A stretch of 64,000 nt of DNA from the human T2T-CHM13v2.0 reference genome, Homo sapiens (GCF_009914755.1 NC_060935.1), one strand, 5' to 3'. Positions 19,924-47,033 are shown, counted from the first letter of the stretch. Notes: generated from the letters alone by a model not told the origin. Made by a program: numbers and translations.

Positions 19924-20447
19924 TAGCTGGGACTACAGGTGTGTGCCACCATACTTGGCTAATTGTTTTGTATTTTTTTAGTAGAGACGGGGTTTCACCA
20001 TGTTGGCCAGGCTGATCTCAAACCTCTGACCTCAAGCGATCTGCCCAACTCGGCATCCTAAAGTGCTAGGATTACAGGTGTGAGCCACCGTGCCCAGCCC
20101 CCCATGGAGGTTTAAAATATCAAAATACCAACCTGGGCACAGTGGCACACACCTGTAGTCCCAGCTACTCAATAGGATCGTTCTAGCCCAGGAATTTGAG
20201 TCCAGTCTGAGCAACATAGCAAAACCCCATTTCCAAATAACATAAAATATCAAAATACCAAAAAACATTACAAATAATTGTATGTTGGTAAATATAGAAA
20301 CTTAAGCAAAGTAAATACCTTTCTGGAAGAATGTGAAATGTCAAAATTGGCACAAAAATATCAAAACTTCAGTAGACCCATAACCAGGAAAGAAAATTGA
20401 GTAGCTCATGCCTGTGACCTCAGCACTTTGTTTTATTTTGTTTTTGA

Positions 20448-20609
<162 letters not shown>

Positions 20610-20665
20610 TAGTAGAGACAGAGTTTCACCACGTTGGCCAGGCTGGTCTCGAACTCCTGACCTCA

Positions 20666-21268
<603 letters not shown>

Positions 21269-21494
21269 TCACACCAGTTGTTACAGAAGCCAGAAAGAGA
21301 GAAGGCTGCCCAATTTCTTGTATGACCCCCGCAAGCCAGATAAAGACAGTATCAGAAAAGTCTGTACACAGAGCATTTCGTTATGGACACAGATGTTAAG
21401 CGTAAACTAATAGAATAGAATATAGGAAAATACCCCACCTAGGGATAGGAAAAGAAAGACTCTCAAAATACAAAGCTCTATTCAAAAACATTTA

Positions 21495-21887
<393 letters not shown>

Positions 21888-22162
21888 TTAGTCAAAATTC
21901 ATAAGGTGAATAATGTCAATGTTTGGTGAGAATGTGGGCAGACAGAAATCCTTGGTCTTCTGTAGGCACATAAACTGACAGCCCTTCTCTCAAGCAATCT
22001 GAAATTAGGTGTATGTTTATGCCAAGACCTTACACTCTCAGCCTTGGATAAGTAGGCCAGAGAGATTCTCATTCAGGTGTACAAAGAGGCATGTGCAGCG
22101 GCGTTGACCATGGTGTTCTTTGTGACAACAGGACTTGGGAGCCAGTCTGGCATCCATTGTCA

Positions 22163-22927
<765 letters not shown>

Positions 22928-22969
22928 TAGTAGAGACGGGGTTTCACCATGTTAGCTAAGATGGTCTCA

Positions 22970-23062
<93 letters not shown>

Positions 23063-23702
23063 TTATTTATTTATTTATTTCTGAGATGGAGTCTTGTTCT
23101 GTCACCCAGGCTGGAGTGCAGTAGTGTGATCTCAGCTAGCTGCAACCTCTGCCTGGGTTCAAGTGATTCTCCTGCTTCAGCCTCCTGAGTTAGCTGGGAC
23201 TACAGGTGTGTGCCACCATGCCCGACTAATTTTTGTATTTTTAGTAGAGACGGGATTTCACAGTGATGGCCAGGCTTGTCTTGAACTCCTGACCTCAAGT
23301 AATCCACCTGCCTCGGCCTCCCAAAGTGCTGGGATTACATGCATAAGCCACCTTGCCCAGCCTGATTCTAGCATTTTGAGTAGGCTTAAGCGGGAGGAGT
23401 CCTTGAGGCCAGGAGTTCAAGATTAGCCTAGGCAGCATAGTGAGACCTCTGTCTCTCCAAAACTAATTTTTTTTTAAAGTAGCCAGGCATGGTGGCACAT
23501 GCCTGTAGTCCAAGCTACTCAGGACGTTGTGGTTGTGGTAGAGGATCACCTGAGCCCAGGAGTTCGAGGCTGCAGTGAGCTATAATCACACCACTGCACT
23601 CCAGCCTGGGTGACAGAGTGAGGCCTTATCTCTAGAAAATAAAATAAATTTTAAAAACCCTAAAGCACAGTTTTGAAGGAAACGAGTAAGGAACAAAAGT
23701 GA

Positions 23703-24086
<384 letters not shown>

Positions 24087-24143
24087 TAAACAAAAAATAC
24101 ATACACACAAAAATGATAAAAGCTTCACAATGATCCGTTAACA

Positions 24144-24205
24144 TCTTTCTTTCTTTCTTTTTCTTTCTTTCTTTCTTTCTCTCTCTCTTTCTTTCTTTCT
24201 CTCTT
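24144..24205. repeat. (TTTC)n/(TC)n tract at an Alu tail
   Basis: Directly visible. Confidence 0.85.
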
Positions 24206-24751
24206 TATTTATTTATTTTTTTCAGAGTCTTGCTCTGTTGCCCAGGCTACAATGCAGTGGCATGTTCTCAGCTCACTGCAACATCTGCCTCCCATGTTCA
24301 AGCAATTCTCCTGCCTCAACCTCCTGAGTAGCTGGGATTACAGGCACGTGCCACCACGCCTGGCTAATTTTTGTATTTTTAGTAGAGATGGGGTTTCACC
24401 ATGTTGGCCAGGCTGGTTTCGAACACCTGACCTCAAGTGATCCACCTGCCTCGGCCACCCAAAGTGCTGGGATTACAGGCATGAGTCACCACGCCCAGCC
24501 TATTCACATTTAAATAGGATGGAGCGGGGATCAAAGATGAAGAAGAAAATACAAAGGCAAAACAAGAGTCGCATTGCATCCATTGATGCTTTTTGTATGC
24601 TGTGAAATAAGGAATACAATAAACTCAGCTATCTGCTCCCCAGGACTAATGCAGAAGAGAAATGTGCAAAGGACATGGACAGGAATTCACAGAGGTAGCA
24701 CAAATGGTCCATGGAGATAGGAAAATACTTGAACCTCACAAATAATGAAGG

Positions 24752-25183
24752 TGTGGAGACAAAAATGACCCCATCTTAGACGTGAATCCGCCATGCTGAC
24801 TTCTGAATAGCTGCAGTCCCGTGAATACCTCCTGATTCCTACTCTATTTACTGCCCTTAGCATAAGACTATGTCCACCTTGATGTTATCACACCAATTAT
24901 AGGCTATAACGTATGCAGATTCTTGCCTGTTCTGGAGGGCTGCCTTTAATTGTCTTGCACAGAACACTCATACCCTTTCCCTATGGTACATAAGCCTTGG
25001 CTCTAGGATGACAGGCACGGAGATCTGTTTGTCTTGTGGCTGCCCAAGACCAAGCTTGTCTGTAAGGTCACCCAAATAAATCACCCTGTACCAGCAAACT
25101 GGATTTGTCTGCCTTGTTCTTTGGTTTCTCTGCTCCTTCAGCATTCGGGAGCTGCCTTGCATATCTGGCCCTTTCATGAAAGA
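24752..25183 (+). mobile_element. Solo LTR (ERVL, LTR47-like) inserted in an old L1
   Basis: Begins TGTGGAGACAAAA..CCATCTT; internal AATAAA ~25075; near-perfect 5-bp TSD GAAGG/GAAGA; L1M-like sequence on both sides. Confidence 0.65.
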
Positions 25184-25636
25184 GAAGAGAATACAAGTTA
25201 TTGCAACAATGCAATAATAGCTTTTCATCTATCAGATTAGCAAAGTGAAAATTATAATTGCTGGTGAGGGTATAAATACTGTTGATGGAAATCTATAATG
25301 ATTGAGCCTTTAGGGGGAATAATTAGGCACCATCAAGATCTAAATGGCTTAGAGCTAGCTAGTTTGCTTATAGAACATTACCTTGCAGAAATCTCAAGAC
25401 ACATTTCCAGGGATGTCCGCAGCTGCAGTGTCTGGAGTGAGGACGCAAGCGGAAGCAGTCCCGGTGTTTGACAAAAGGACACAGGTGATGTACATTAGGT
25501 GGGTCAGACAGCCAAACAGTGATGATGGTAAAGACTGGGTGGCTCTGTATGTCCTGACATGGAAAGAATATAACATTCTAGTAGGCAAAACCAGGATGAT
25601 CTCATTTTTGTTGAAAAATATGTATATGTAGGTTTG

Positions 25637-25639
<3 letters not shown>

Positions 25640-25685
<46 letters not shown>
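25640..25685. repeat. (CA)n microsatellite, ~22 units
   Basis: Directly visible, uninterrupted. Confidence 0.95.
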
Positions 25686-25688
<3 letters not shown>

Positions 25689-25983
25689 TATCTCTAAAAT
25701 CACAAGATATTCAAATGGTACACTGGCTCAGGTCTTGGTTTTGCATCGGAGGCCAAGGACAAAGCAATAGCCCCAGGGCCCTGCATTGCTAATCAGGTGC
25801 CAGGCCCCCTTGCAGTGAGGACAGGACACTCCTGACCTCAAGTGATCCACCCACCTCAGCCTCCCAAAGTGCTGGGATTACAGGCGTGAGCCACCGCGCC
25901 CGGCCCAGACTAGACATTTCAATTTCAATTTCTGAGGCTGTTCTTAGTGATCAGAGGACTTTTCACTACCTGAGGTGACTTGA

Positions 25984-26304
<321 letters not shown>

Positions 26305-26307
26305 TGA

Positions 26308-26795
<488 letters not shown>

Positions 26796-27078
26796 TAGAG
26801 ACAGGGTTTATCCATGTTGCTTGGGCTGGTCTCAAACTCCGGTGCTCAAGCCATCCTCCTGCCTCAGACTCTCAAAGTGCTGGGATTACAGGCGTGAGCC
26901 ACTACTCCAGGCTCCCATTGCAGGTTTTAAGCAGAAGTCTTTAAAAAATGGCCCAAGCTGGCCGGGCTCGGTGGCTTACGCCTGTAATCCCAGCACTTTG
27001 GGAGGCAGAGGCGGGTGGATCATGAGGTCAGGAGATCGAGACCATCCTGGCTAACACAGTGAAACCCCGCCTCTACTA

Positions 27079-27240
<162 letters not shown>

Positions 27241-27299
27241 TCAAAAAAAAAAAAAATGGCCCAGGCTGCTGGGTTGGGAATTGACCATGAAGAAGCAGA

Positions 27300-30320
<3,021 letters not shown>

Positions 30321-30722
30321 TGAGAATATCAACCTGAGAAACCCAGACCTGCCCTCTGCCAAGGAAGAAAGTGGCCCAGAGTTCTGGACTGTCCAGGAAA
30401 TCACCTGGGGTTGAGGTCTGGAAGGGGCTCCGTTTCTGAAAGTGAAGCTGCCTACATGTGCCTTCCACTGGGCCCCAGGTGTGGGAGAAGGATGGCAGCC
30501 CCCTAGAAAGAAAAGAGTTTGCATATTTTGGGTGGCAAAAGAGCTTCACCCGGAGCAGCACTATTTAGGATATTTACATTGGATGTGCTCATTGTGAGGT
30601 GCCACTGGGATGGAGTCTGAGAGCAGAAGAGGAGCCACAGGGCCACAGTCTGAGAAAAATCCTGCCTCTATGGCATCTTCCAGGATAGTCTGCTTCCCTG
30701 GGGCCACATCATTGATTAATTA

Positions 30723-31014
<292 letters not shown>

Positions 31015-32697
31015 TCACAAAAAGAAAAAAAAAAGATAATAAGAATAACAGCAATGCTAACATAGCAGTTCCCATGAGCCATGAGGATGTTCTGTTTGTA
31101 TCTGCATAGTGATTTAATCCTTACCACTACCCTGGGAGTAGATCCGATTATAACCATCCCCTCCCCATTGCCTATGAGAAAACAGGCACCGAGAGGGTAC
31201 GGGACAAGTGGAGGAGCTGGGATTTGCACCCAAGCGCTTCCTCTATGCTCTTAGCCATGATGCTCTGCTGCCTCAAAAGAACGGCCAGCTAGTGTTAGTA
31301 ATAATAACATTTACCGATTTCATCGTTTGGGGTTTCATGTAGTCCTTGCAACAAACCTATGAGCTGGGCCCGTGATTCCAGTTTTGCAGAGTGGGGAGTT
31401 GGTCACAGAGCTAGTGAGACCAGGCCTCCAGCCCAGTTGGTCCGTCTCCAGGGCCTCAGCTCAGCACCACATCCCTGTACTGCAAGCCTCAGTGGTCAGC
31501 ACCAGGCGTCCCATGGGGACTTAAGATTCCAAGGCTTTTGAGCACTGCTAGAAGTTTGGGGTAAGATCTTTTACTTTTTTTATATTAAAAAAATATATTT
31601 TTTTGAGATGGAGTCTCACTCTTTCGCCCAGGCTGGAGTACACTGGTGTGGCCTCGGCTCACTGCAACCTCCACCTCCCGGGTTCAAGAGAACCCGGAGA
31701 GGGAGAGCCTCAGCCTCCCGAGTAGCTGGGATTACAGGTGCCCACCACCATGCCCGGCTAATTTTTGTATTTTTAGTAGAGATAGAGTTTCAATCCAGGT
31801 GGGAGATGGGGTTTCACCATGTTGGCCAGGCTGGTCTCCAACTCCTGACCTCAGGCAATCCGCCCACCTCGGCCTCCCAAAGTGCTGGAATTACAGCCAC
31901 TGCCCGGCCTGGGGTAAGCTTTCAATGTTGTAACTCCCTCCAGAACCTCATGGCCTATGAAGATGGCCAGGTGGGCCTGGGCCCAGGCTCTGAATGGCCT
32001 GCTGCCTCTCTCCTGGACACAACATTCAACTTCCTGGCTGGGGCTGGGAGTGCAAAGATTTGTTTATTTGTTTCTTTTTTATTGAGACAGAGTCTCACTC
32101 TGTCGCCCTGGCTGGAGTGCAGTGGTGCAATCTGGGGTCGATGCAGCCTCTGCCTCCCGGGTTCAAGTGATTCTCGTGCCTCAGCCTGAGTAGCTGGGAT
32201 TACAGGCATGCGCCACCAGGCCTGGCTAATCTTTTTTGCATTTTTGGTAGAGATGGGGTTTTGCCATTTTGGCCAGGCTGGTCTTGAACTCTTGACCTCC
32301 AGTGATCCACCTGCCTCAGCCCCCCAAAGTGCTGGGATTACAGGTGTGAGCCACCACTCCCAGCCTGGGAGTGCAAGGATTTAAATAAAATCTTGTGAAA
32401 GTTCAGTTTGGCTCCTTCAGGGACTCGGCCAGGCCGGGGGGCAGCACAGGAGACAGGCTGACTCCCCTGTACAGATGGATGGGGAAACACAGGCAGAGTA
32501 GGGACAGGGGACTTACACCAGGTCACACGGGGAGCCTGTGGATGAGGCAGAGGCAGGACTTGGGCCTGGGTCTCTGCGCTAAATGACTCCTGGGCATCCT
32601 GCTGAACTCTCTCCCAGAAGGAGATTGGCCTCACATACCCCACTGACCCCTTCCTAGCATGCTTTTTGCCAGACCCATTGAGACTGGCTGAGGACTG

Positions 32698-32917
<220 letters not shown>

Positions 32918-33530
32918 TGAGGACACTTCCAGCTGCCTAGAGCCAGGTGGGTCAGGGAGGCCTGGGCTGGGGAGGCCCTTGAGAAGCCACAAGACCTGAG
33001 CTGAGGTCCAGATGAAACTCAGGGAGGCAGGAGTGGGACAGGGACCACAGGGAGGCCTAAGGGCCTTGGGAGAAGCCGAGGGATGACGCCCAGGAGTGAC
33101 TCCCAGGGATGATGGGGCCATTCAGGGAACACTGCGGAAGGAGCAGGTTTCAGGAAAGATGAAGACCACCTTGATGAAGACCACCTTGGTTTCTGCCTTG
33201 GCTGTAGCAGGTCCAGGGCCCAGTGGGACATTTGGGAGTGCAGTCCAGGGCCCAGAGGTGGCCTAGCGCAATGGTGACAAATCTGGGCTCCACCACTTCC
33301 CAGCTGTGTGACCTCAGTTACTCAGCCTCTCTGAGCCTCAGCTTTCTCCTCCACATGATGGAGGTGATAGTGAGTACCGGCCTCCTAGGGTCCTTGGGAA
33401 GGTTACGTGTGTTTATGCATGAAAGTCCTGAGCACACAATAGGTGCTCAGCAGGTGGCAGCTGTTGCTATTTTAATATGCAGAACGGAGGTGGTGCTCGG
33501 TCGGGTTTTTTTGTTTGTTTGTTTTTTTGA

Positions 33531-34097
<567 letters not shown>

Positions 34098-34100
34098 TAA

Positions 34101-35229
<1,129 letters not shown>

Positions 35230-35355
35230 TAAGAGGGAAGAGAAGGGAGTGGGAGCCCAGAATGAGAAGTAGAGATGGAGCCACTTCTCCAAGAGATGCT
35301 TAGGCATTTGAACTCTCATTCATTTCTTTATTTATCCATTCACCAAACTTTTGGA

Positions 35356-35412
35356 TCATCCATCCATCCATCCATCCATCCATCCATCCATCCACCCATC
35401 CATCCATCTATC
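35356..35412. repeat. (CATC)n tetranucleotide repeat
   Basis: Directly visible. Confidence 0.9.
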
Positions 35413-35721
35413 CAACTACTGATAACATCCACTCAACCATTCATCCATCTCTCTCAATACCTGGCCAATTATCTATTGATACAACCACTTTTATTTCCCA
35501 TCTTTTGTTCCATCCATCCATTAAATTATTAACTAAGTGATTAATGCAACGTTTATTATCTACTCATGGGCCCTTAGGATATAACTATTAAAAGACTTGG
35601 AATTAGCTGGGCATGGTGACACGTGCTTGTAGTCCCAGCTACTCAGGAGGCTGAGGTAGGAGGATCTCTTGAGTTCAGGAGATCAAGACTGCAGTGAGCT
35701 ATGATCCCACCATTGCATTCA

Positions 35722-35901
<180 letters not shown>

Positions 35902-35944
35902 TTATCCAAGTATGGTGGTGTGTGCCTGGAGTCCCAGCTACTCA

Positions 35945-36109
<165 letters not shown>

Positions 36110-36422
36110 CTACAAAGGAAAAAAAAAAGATTAGCCTGGCTTGGTGGAAAGTGTCTGTAGCCCCAGCTACTCCAGAGGCTGAGTCAGGAGGATCTCTTGA
36201 GCCCAGGAGATCAAGGCTGCAGTGAGCCATGATGACATCACTGAATTTTAGTCTGGACAACAGAGCGAGCCTCTGTTTCTAAAGCAAAGGAGACAGTGGG
36301 AGCTGAAGGGGAGACTGGAGGCTGTGAGGAGACTGTTGGCAACACTGAGGTGAGGAACCAAGAGGCCCTGTGGATGGAGGGAGGGGATCCATTTAAGAGA
36401 CACTTAGAGGCTGGTTCAATAG

Positions 36423-36728
<306 letters not shown>

Positions 36729-36910
36729 TGATCTGCCCGCCTCGGCCTCCCAAAGTGCTGGGATTATAGGCATGAGCCACTGCGCCCAGCCACAATTCTT
36801 TTTTTAAAATTTATTTTATGTAATTGATAAATAAAAATTGTATTTATGGTGTACAACATGAGGTTTTGAAATATGTTTATATTGTTGAAGGTCTAAATCA
36901 AACTAATTAA

Positions 36911-37165
<255 letters not shown>

Positions 37166-37638
37166 TGATCTGCCCGCCTCAGCCTCCCAAAGTGCGGGGA
37201 TCACAGGCGTGAGCCACCACTCCCGGTCTTACTTGATTTTTTTTTTTGTAGTGAGAACACTTAAAATCTACTCTTTTATTGATTTTTAAGTATACAATAC
37301 ATTGCTTTTAACTACAGACACCAGATCATACAATAGATCTCTTGAACTTATTTCTCCTCTCTAACTGAAATTTCTTATCCTTTGACCAACATCTCCCTTC
37401 TTCTCCCCACAAACCCAGTGAGGACTTGGTAACCACCATTCTACTCTCTGCTTCTATGAGTTTGACTTTATTTATTTATTTATTTATTTAGAGACAGGGT
37501 CTTGCTGTGTTGCCCAGGCTGCAGTGCAGTGGCACAATCATGGCTCACTGCATCCTTGACTTCCAGGGCTCAAGTGATCCTCCCACTTCAGCCTCCTGAG
37601 CTCTAGGACTGCAGTCATGAGCCACCATGCCTGGCTAA

Positions 37639-37768
<130 letters not shown>

Positions 37769-38594
37769 TAGCTGGGACTACAGGCACCCGCCACCACACC
37801 CAGCTAAGTTTTTGTATTTTTAGTAGAGATGGGGTTTCACTGTGTTAGCCAGGATGGTCTCGCTATCCTGACCTCGTGATCCACCCGCCTCAGCCTCCCA
37901 AGGTGCTGGGATTACAGGCGTGAGCCACCACACCTGGCTGCTGGCTAATTTTTAAAATTTTGGTAGAGATGGGGTCCCATTATGCTGAGTTTGACTTTTT
38001 TAAGATTTGGCACATAAGGGAGATTATATGGTATTTGTTTTCCTGTGCCTGGCTTATTTCACTTAACATAGTGTCCTCCAGGTTTATGCATGTTGTTGCA
38101 AATGATGGGATTTTCTTCTTTTTAAGGCTGAAGAATGCCATTGTGTATATATACCACCTTTTCTTTATCCATTCTTCTGTTGATGGAATCTTAGGTTGAT
38201 CTCATATCTTTGCTACTGTGAATATTCCTGCAATGAACATAGGAGTACAGCTACCTCTTCAACATACTAATTTCATTTCCTTTGAATATGTACCCAGAAG
38301 TGGGTTGCTGGATCACATAGTAGTTCTACTTGTAATTTTTTGGGGAACCTTGATATTGTTTTCTATAATGACTGTACTAATTTATATTCCCACCAACAGT
38401 AAACAGAGATTCCCTTTTCTCCACATCATCACCAACCCTTATCTTTCATCATTTTGGTAATAGTCATTCTAACAGGCGTGAGGTGATATCTTATTATCAT
38501 TTTATTTTGCATTTCCCAGATGATTAGTGATTAGTGATGAAAAAGACATTTGTATGTCTTTTTTTGAGAAATGTCTATTTGGGTTATTTGCTTA

Positions 38595-38596
<2 letters not shown>

Positions 38597-38633
<37 letters not shown>
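38597..38633. repeat. (ATT)n repeat at an Alu tail
   Basis: Directly visible. Confidence 0.9.
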
Positions 38634-38634
<1 letters not shown>

Positions 38635-39497
38635 TTGAGATGGAGTCTCGCTCTGTCGCCCAGGCTAGAGTGCAGTGCCACGATCATAGCTCACTGCAGC
38701 TTTGAATTCCTGGGCACAAGTGACCCTCTCACCTCAGCCTCCTGAGTAGCTGGGATTACAGGTGCATGCCACCACATCCAGCTGATTTATTTTTTAACTT
38801 TTTATTTGTAGAGATAGGTGTCTTGCTATGTGGCCCAGGCTGGTCTCAACCCCTGGCTTCAGGTGATCCTGCTGCCTCCACCTCCCAAAGTGTTGAGATT
38901 ACAGGTGTGAGTCACCATGCCCTGACTCTTTGCCTTTTTTTTTTTTTTGAGATGGAGCCTCACTTCGTCACCCAGGATGGAGTGCAGTGGCATAATCTTG
39001 GCTCACTGCAACCTCCCCCTCCCAGGTTCAAGTGATTCTCTTGCCTCAGCCTCCTGAGTAGCTGGGATTACAGACGTACATCACGAGGTCTGCCTAATTT
39101 TTTTGTATTTTTTTAGTAGAGACAGGGTTTCACCATGTTGGCCAGACTAGTCTCGAACTCCAGACCTCAAATGATCTGCCCGCCTTGGCCTCCCAAAGTG
39201 CTGGGATTTCAGGCAACAGCCGTCGCGCCTGGCCTTTGCCCATTTTTTGAGTTATTTGCTTTCTTGTTACTGAGTTACTTGAGTTCACATATTTTGGATA
39301 TTAACCCCTTTTCAGATGTATGGTTTGCAAATATTTTCTCCCATTCTGTATGTCATCTCTGTTGATTGTTGCCATTGCTGTGCAGAAGCTTTTCAGTTTG
39401 ATGCAACTTCATTTGTCTATTTTAGCTTTTGTTGCCTGTGCTTTCTGGGTCATAGCCAAAAAACCATTGCCCAGACAAGTGTCGTTAAGCTTTCTTT

Positions 39498-39550
39498 TGT
39501 GTGTGTGTGTGTGTGTGGTGTGTGTGTGTGTATGTGTCTGTGTGTGTGTG
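39498..39550. repeat. (TG)n microsatellite at an Alu tail
   Basis: Directly visible, interrupted. Confidence 0.85.
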
Positions 39551-40072
39551 GCAGAGTCTCAATCTGTCACCCAGGCTGGAATGCAGTGGCTCAATCATGG
39601 CTCACTGCAGTCTTGACTTCCTGGGCTCAGGTGATTCTCCCACCTTAACCTCCCGAGTAGCTAGGACTACAGGTCTGGTCCACCATGCCTGGCTAATTTT
39701 TTGTATGTTCAGTACAGATGGGGTTTAAGGCTGAAGAATGCCATTGTATATATAGACCACCTTTTATACACAATATATACACAATATATACCATTGTGTA
39801 TATATACCATGTTGCTCAAGCTGGTCTCAAACTCCTGGGCTCAAGCGATCCACCTGCATCAGCCCCAAAGTGCTGGGGTTACAGGTGTGAGCCACCATGC
39901 CTGGCCTTTTTTTTTGGCTCAAGATTGCTTTTGCTGTTTGGAGTATTTTGTGGTTCTATATTAATTTAAAATTGTTTTTTCTATTTCTGTGAAAAATGTC
40001 ATTGGAATTTTGATAGGCTTGCATTGAATCTGTAAATTGCTTTGGATAATATGGACATTTTAACAATATTAA

Positions 40073-40312
<240 letters not shown>

Positions 40313-40615
40313 TGATGACCAAGCTGGTCTCAAACTCCTGACCTCAGGTGATCCGCCTGCCTCCACCTCCCAAAGTGCTGGGATTACAGGCATGAACCAC
40401 CGTGCCTGGCCTGGAAGCAGGAGACTTCTAGAAAGAGTAGGGAAAGGCCTCGAGCTGGGACCGAGGGCTGAGCCTCCAGGGCAGTCTCTGTCATGGACTT
40501 CCATGACAAACCCTACTCCCAGGACACTGGCTCTGGACACTGCAGCCCCTCCCCACAGGCTTCCATATTCCCTTATCCAGCCCCTGGCCCTCCGTGAGGC
40601 TCCTGCTGCCCGTGA

Positions 40616-40819
<204 letters not shown>

Positions 40820-40965
40820 TAGGGAGCCTGGGCTTCGGGAGGCCTGGTTGGGAGAGGGCAGGGAGGCCGTGTCAGGTCTCAGTCTACAGGACCGAGGAGC
40901 ACCAGCCCTCGCCTTCCCTGGGGCTAACCAGGCCACTTCACCGCGTTTCCAGATAAGGACGCTGA

Positions 40966-41460
<495 letters not shown>

Positions 41461-41599
41461 TAGCCAGGATAGTCTCGATCTCCTGACCTCGTGATCCACC
41501 CGCCTCAGCCTCCCAAAGTGCTGGGATTACAGGTGTGAGACACTGCACCTGGCCGTGACCATTTTCCTAATAAGCAGATTTGTGGGCAAACGTTTTTGG

Positions 41600-42830
<1,231 letters not shown>

Positions 42831-43173
42831 TCCACCTGCATAACCCCACCGGTGAGGAACCTGAGGCTCAGAGATCTTCAATAATTTGTCAAAGGTCATG
42901 CATGGGCAGCAGAATTGGGTTCCAGCCACGATGCTGCCCTGCCTGAGCACTCAAATCCTCCGCTTTTAGACGAAAGGCACCAGGACCTTCCCCCAAGAGC
43001 CCAAACCAATGACACATGTAACACAAATAAATCAAATAAATATGACCAAAACCAGTGCCATTGATTTGAGCACCTCCTGGGTGCAGCGGGCGCAGGGCAT
43101 CTTTTTCTGCACCCTGTCTCCTTTGGTCCGTGGCAAGTGGGGTGAGGGTCCTGCCCTGCCTTAAGGCCACTGA

Positions 43174-43836
<663 letters not shown>

Positions 43837-44184
43837 TGACCTCAAGTGATCTGGCTGCCTCGGCCTCCCAGAGTTTTGGGATTACAGGCGTGAGCCACCG
43901 CGCCCAGCCAAGTGTTTTGTTTTCACAGTGAGGCAGGAAGTGTAAGGTTCAGAACTCCAAGTGGCAGGTGCAGCAAAAAGAGTGATTCAACCTCACTCCT
44001 TTTACTTTCTATTTGAGAGGGCTAAGGCATAAGTAGGTATCTCCCATGCAGTCTCTCAGCCATTACAGCCTATGAACTTCGCTGTCTGAGCGGAACAGGA
44101 GACTCTGTCCTGCCTAGGAAGGGCAGGCACAAAAGAGGTTGTCCTGTGGGAGGGAGGGATGTGTCTCCTTCCATTCTGAGATGA

Positions 44185-44514
<330 letters not shown>

Positions 44515-44990
44515 TAAAGTATCCAGCAGGAAAAGTGCACACAATATCACAGAAAAGATAGGGACTGCCAGCTCATTTCCCACCTCCCCTTGTAACTGCC
44601 ATAAATTCCTTCCTAAATGGTGAAAGCCGTTTTTGCAGTAACTTGTGTTCCGGGCCATGGGTTTTCAAGTCCATGTCTTTTTCTCAATGAAGGATGGTTC
44701 CTTCCCTGGCACAGGGCCACAGCAAGGGTGGCATGGCCCAGCAAGGCTGAGTTTTTCCACCGGGCCCAGCACAATCGCTGAGGTCCCAGTACAGGTCTTG
44801 GGGTCTTGTCTGTGTCTCCCCTCCCCTCCTGTCCTCTTGTCTGCGTCTTCCCTCCCCTCCTGTCCATGGGTGCTGCCTCCACACCTCAAGGCCTCTCTTA
44901 CATGCTTCACAGATGGATGCCTGGTCCCATGTGGGTGTGGCTCGAAGGTCCCTCTTGCTGCTAGAGTGCTCTCTTCATGAGTGGCAGTGA

Positions 44991-45371
<381 letters not shown>

Positions 45372-45862
45372 TGATCTCTCAGGGGTGTGTTTTTTAAATT
45401 TGAAACATATTTTTTTTTAGTTTCTCTGTCCCATTTTCCAAGCTGTCTGCTTACAAGAACCACAGAGAATGCTGGCAAGCTTGTCCGATCCCTACTATAG
45501 CACAGTGAAATAAACTGAGCCCAGAGCCAAGAGCCCAGAGAGAGGCCTCACCCAAAGTCACACAACCAACAACCACAGCTCCCCCTCAAGGGAAAGAGGA
45601 TGGGGAGGGGAAGCTATGTAAGCACGTGTCTGGAAGCTCAGAAGCCAGCACTGGCCCCTTTCCCATGGGGCTGGCACAGGAGGATGGGCAAGCCCCAGCT
45701 GCACAGGGCTCGGCCCCTCACTTCCCAGCTGCACAACTTTGAACAAGTCCCTCAACCCTCCCGATCCATCCGTAAATTGGGTGAATAATTTCCACCTTGG
45801 CTGACTTCACAAGGAATCCAGGCAAGAATGGGAATGAAATAGCTTTGTAAAGGTGAGGGTGA

Positions 45863-46102
<240 letters not shown>

Positions 46103-46144
46103 TGAAGAGCTGGCTGAGTGGGTAGGGAAGCAGGATGCGAGTAG

Positions 46145-46396
<252 letters not shown>

Positions 46397-46895
46397 TGAG
46401 TCTCCCCGTCAGGTCAAGAACTGACTCTGCCATGCTGCTGCGGGAAGGGGCGCCCACACCAGCACTCTGGGCTCTGGAGGGCCTCCCCCAGGACAGGCAG
46501 AGAGCCCAGAGGAAGGCAAGGCCAGGGTTGTCATTCCTACTTCTCAATGAGGAAACTAAGGACCTGAGGGGAAGGGCCTTCTTTAAGGACGCAGGAGCGA
46601 ACAAGCAGCAGAACCAGTCTGGGACTCTGCAACCATCTGAGCGGCCACACACCAAGTCCCTCATTAGGGGCTGGCACCACCACGCTGGTCACCCCATGCC
46701 TTAGAATAACCTGGTACAGAGCAGCGATTATGAAGCCCACTTGACAATAAGGAAAGTGAGACTCGAGAAGAGTCACTTTGCCCAGGATCACACAGCAAGC
46801 CGGCACTGAAGCAGGGTTTGAAGCCACATTGTCAGTGGTTTCCTTGGGCATGGGGGTGGGAGCTGCAGAGTCAGGGGCCTCTATCTGTGTCTTGA

Positions 46896-47021
<126 letters not shown>

Positions 47022-47027
47022 GATAAA

Positions 47028-47033
47028 ATTAAA
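47028..47033 (+). terminator. TSGA10IP: ATTAAA polyadenylation signal of TSGA10IP
   Basis: 6 nt after the stop codon, followed by GT-rich sequence at ~47060-47080. Confidence 0.7.
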
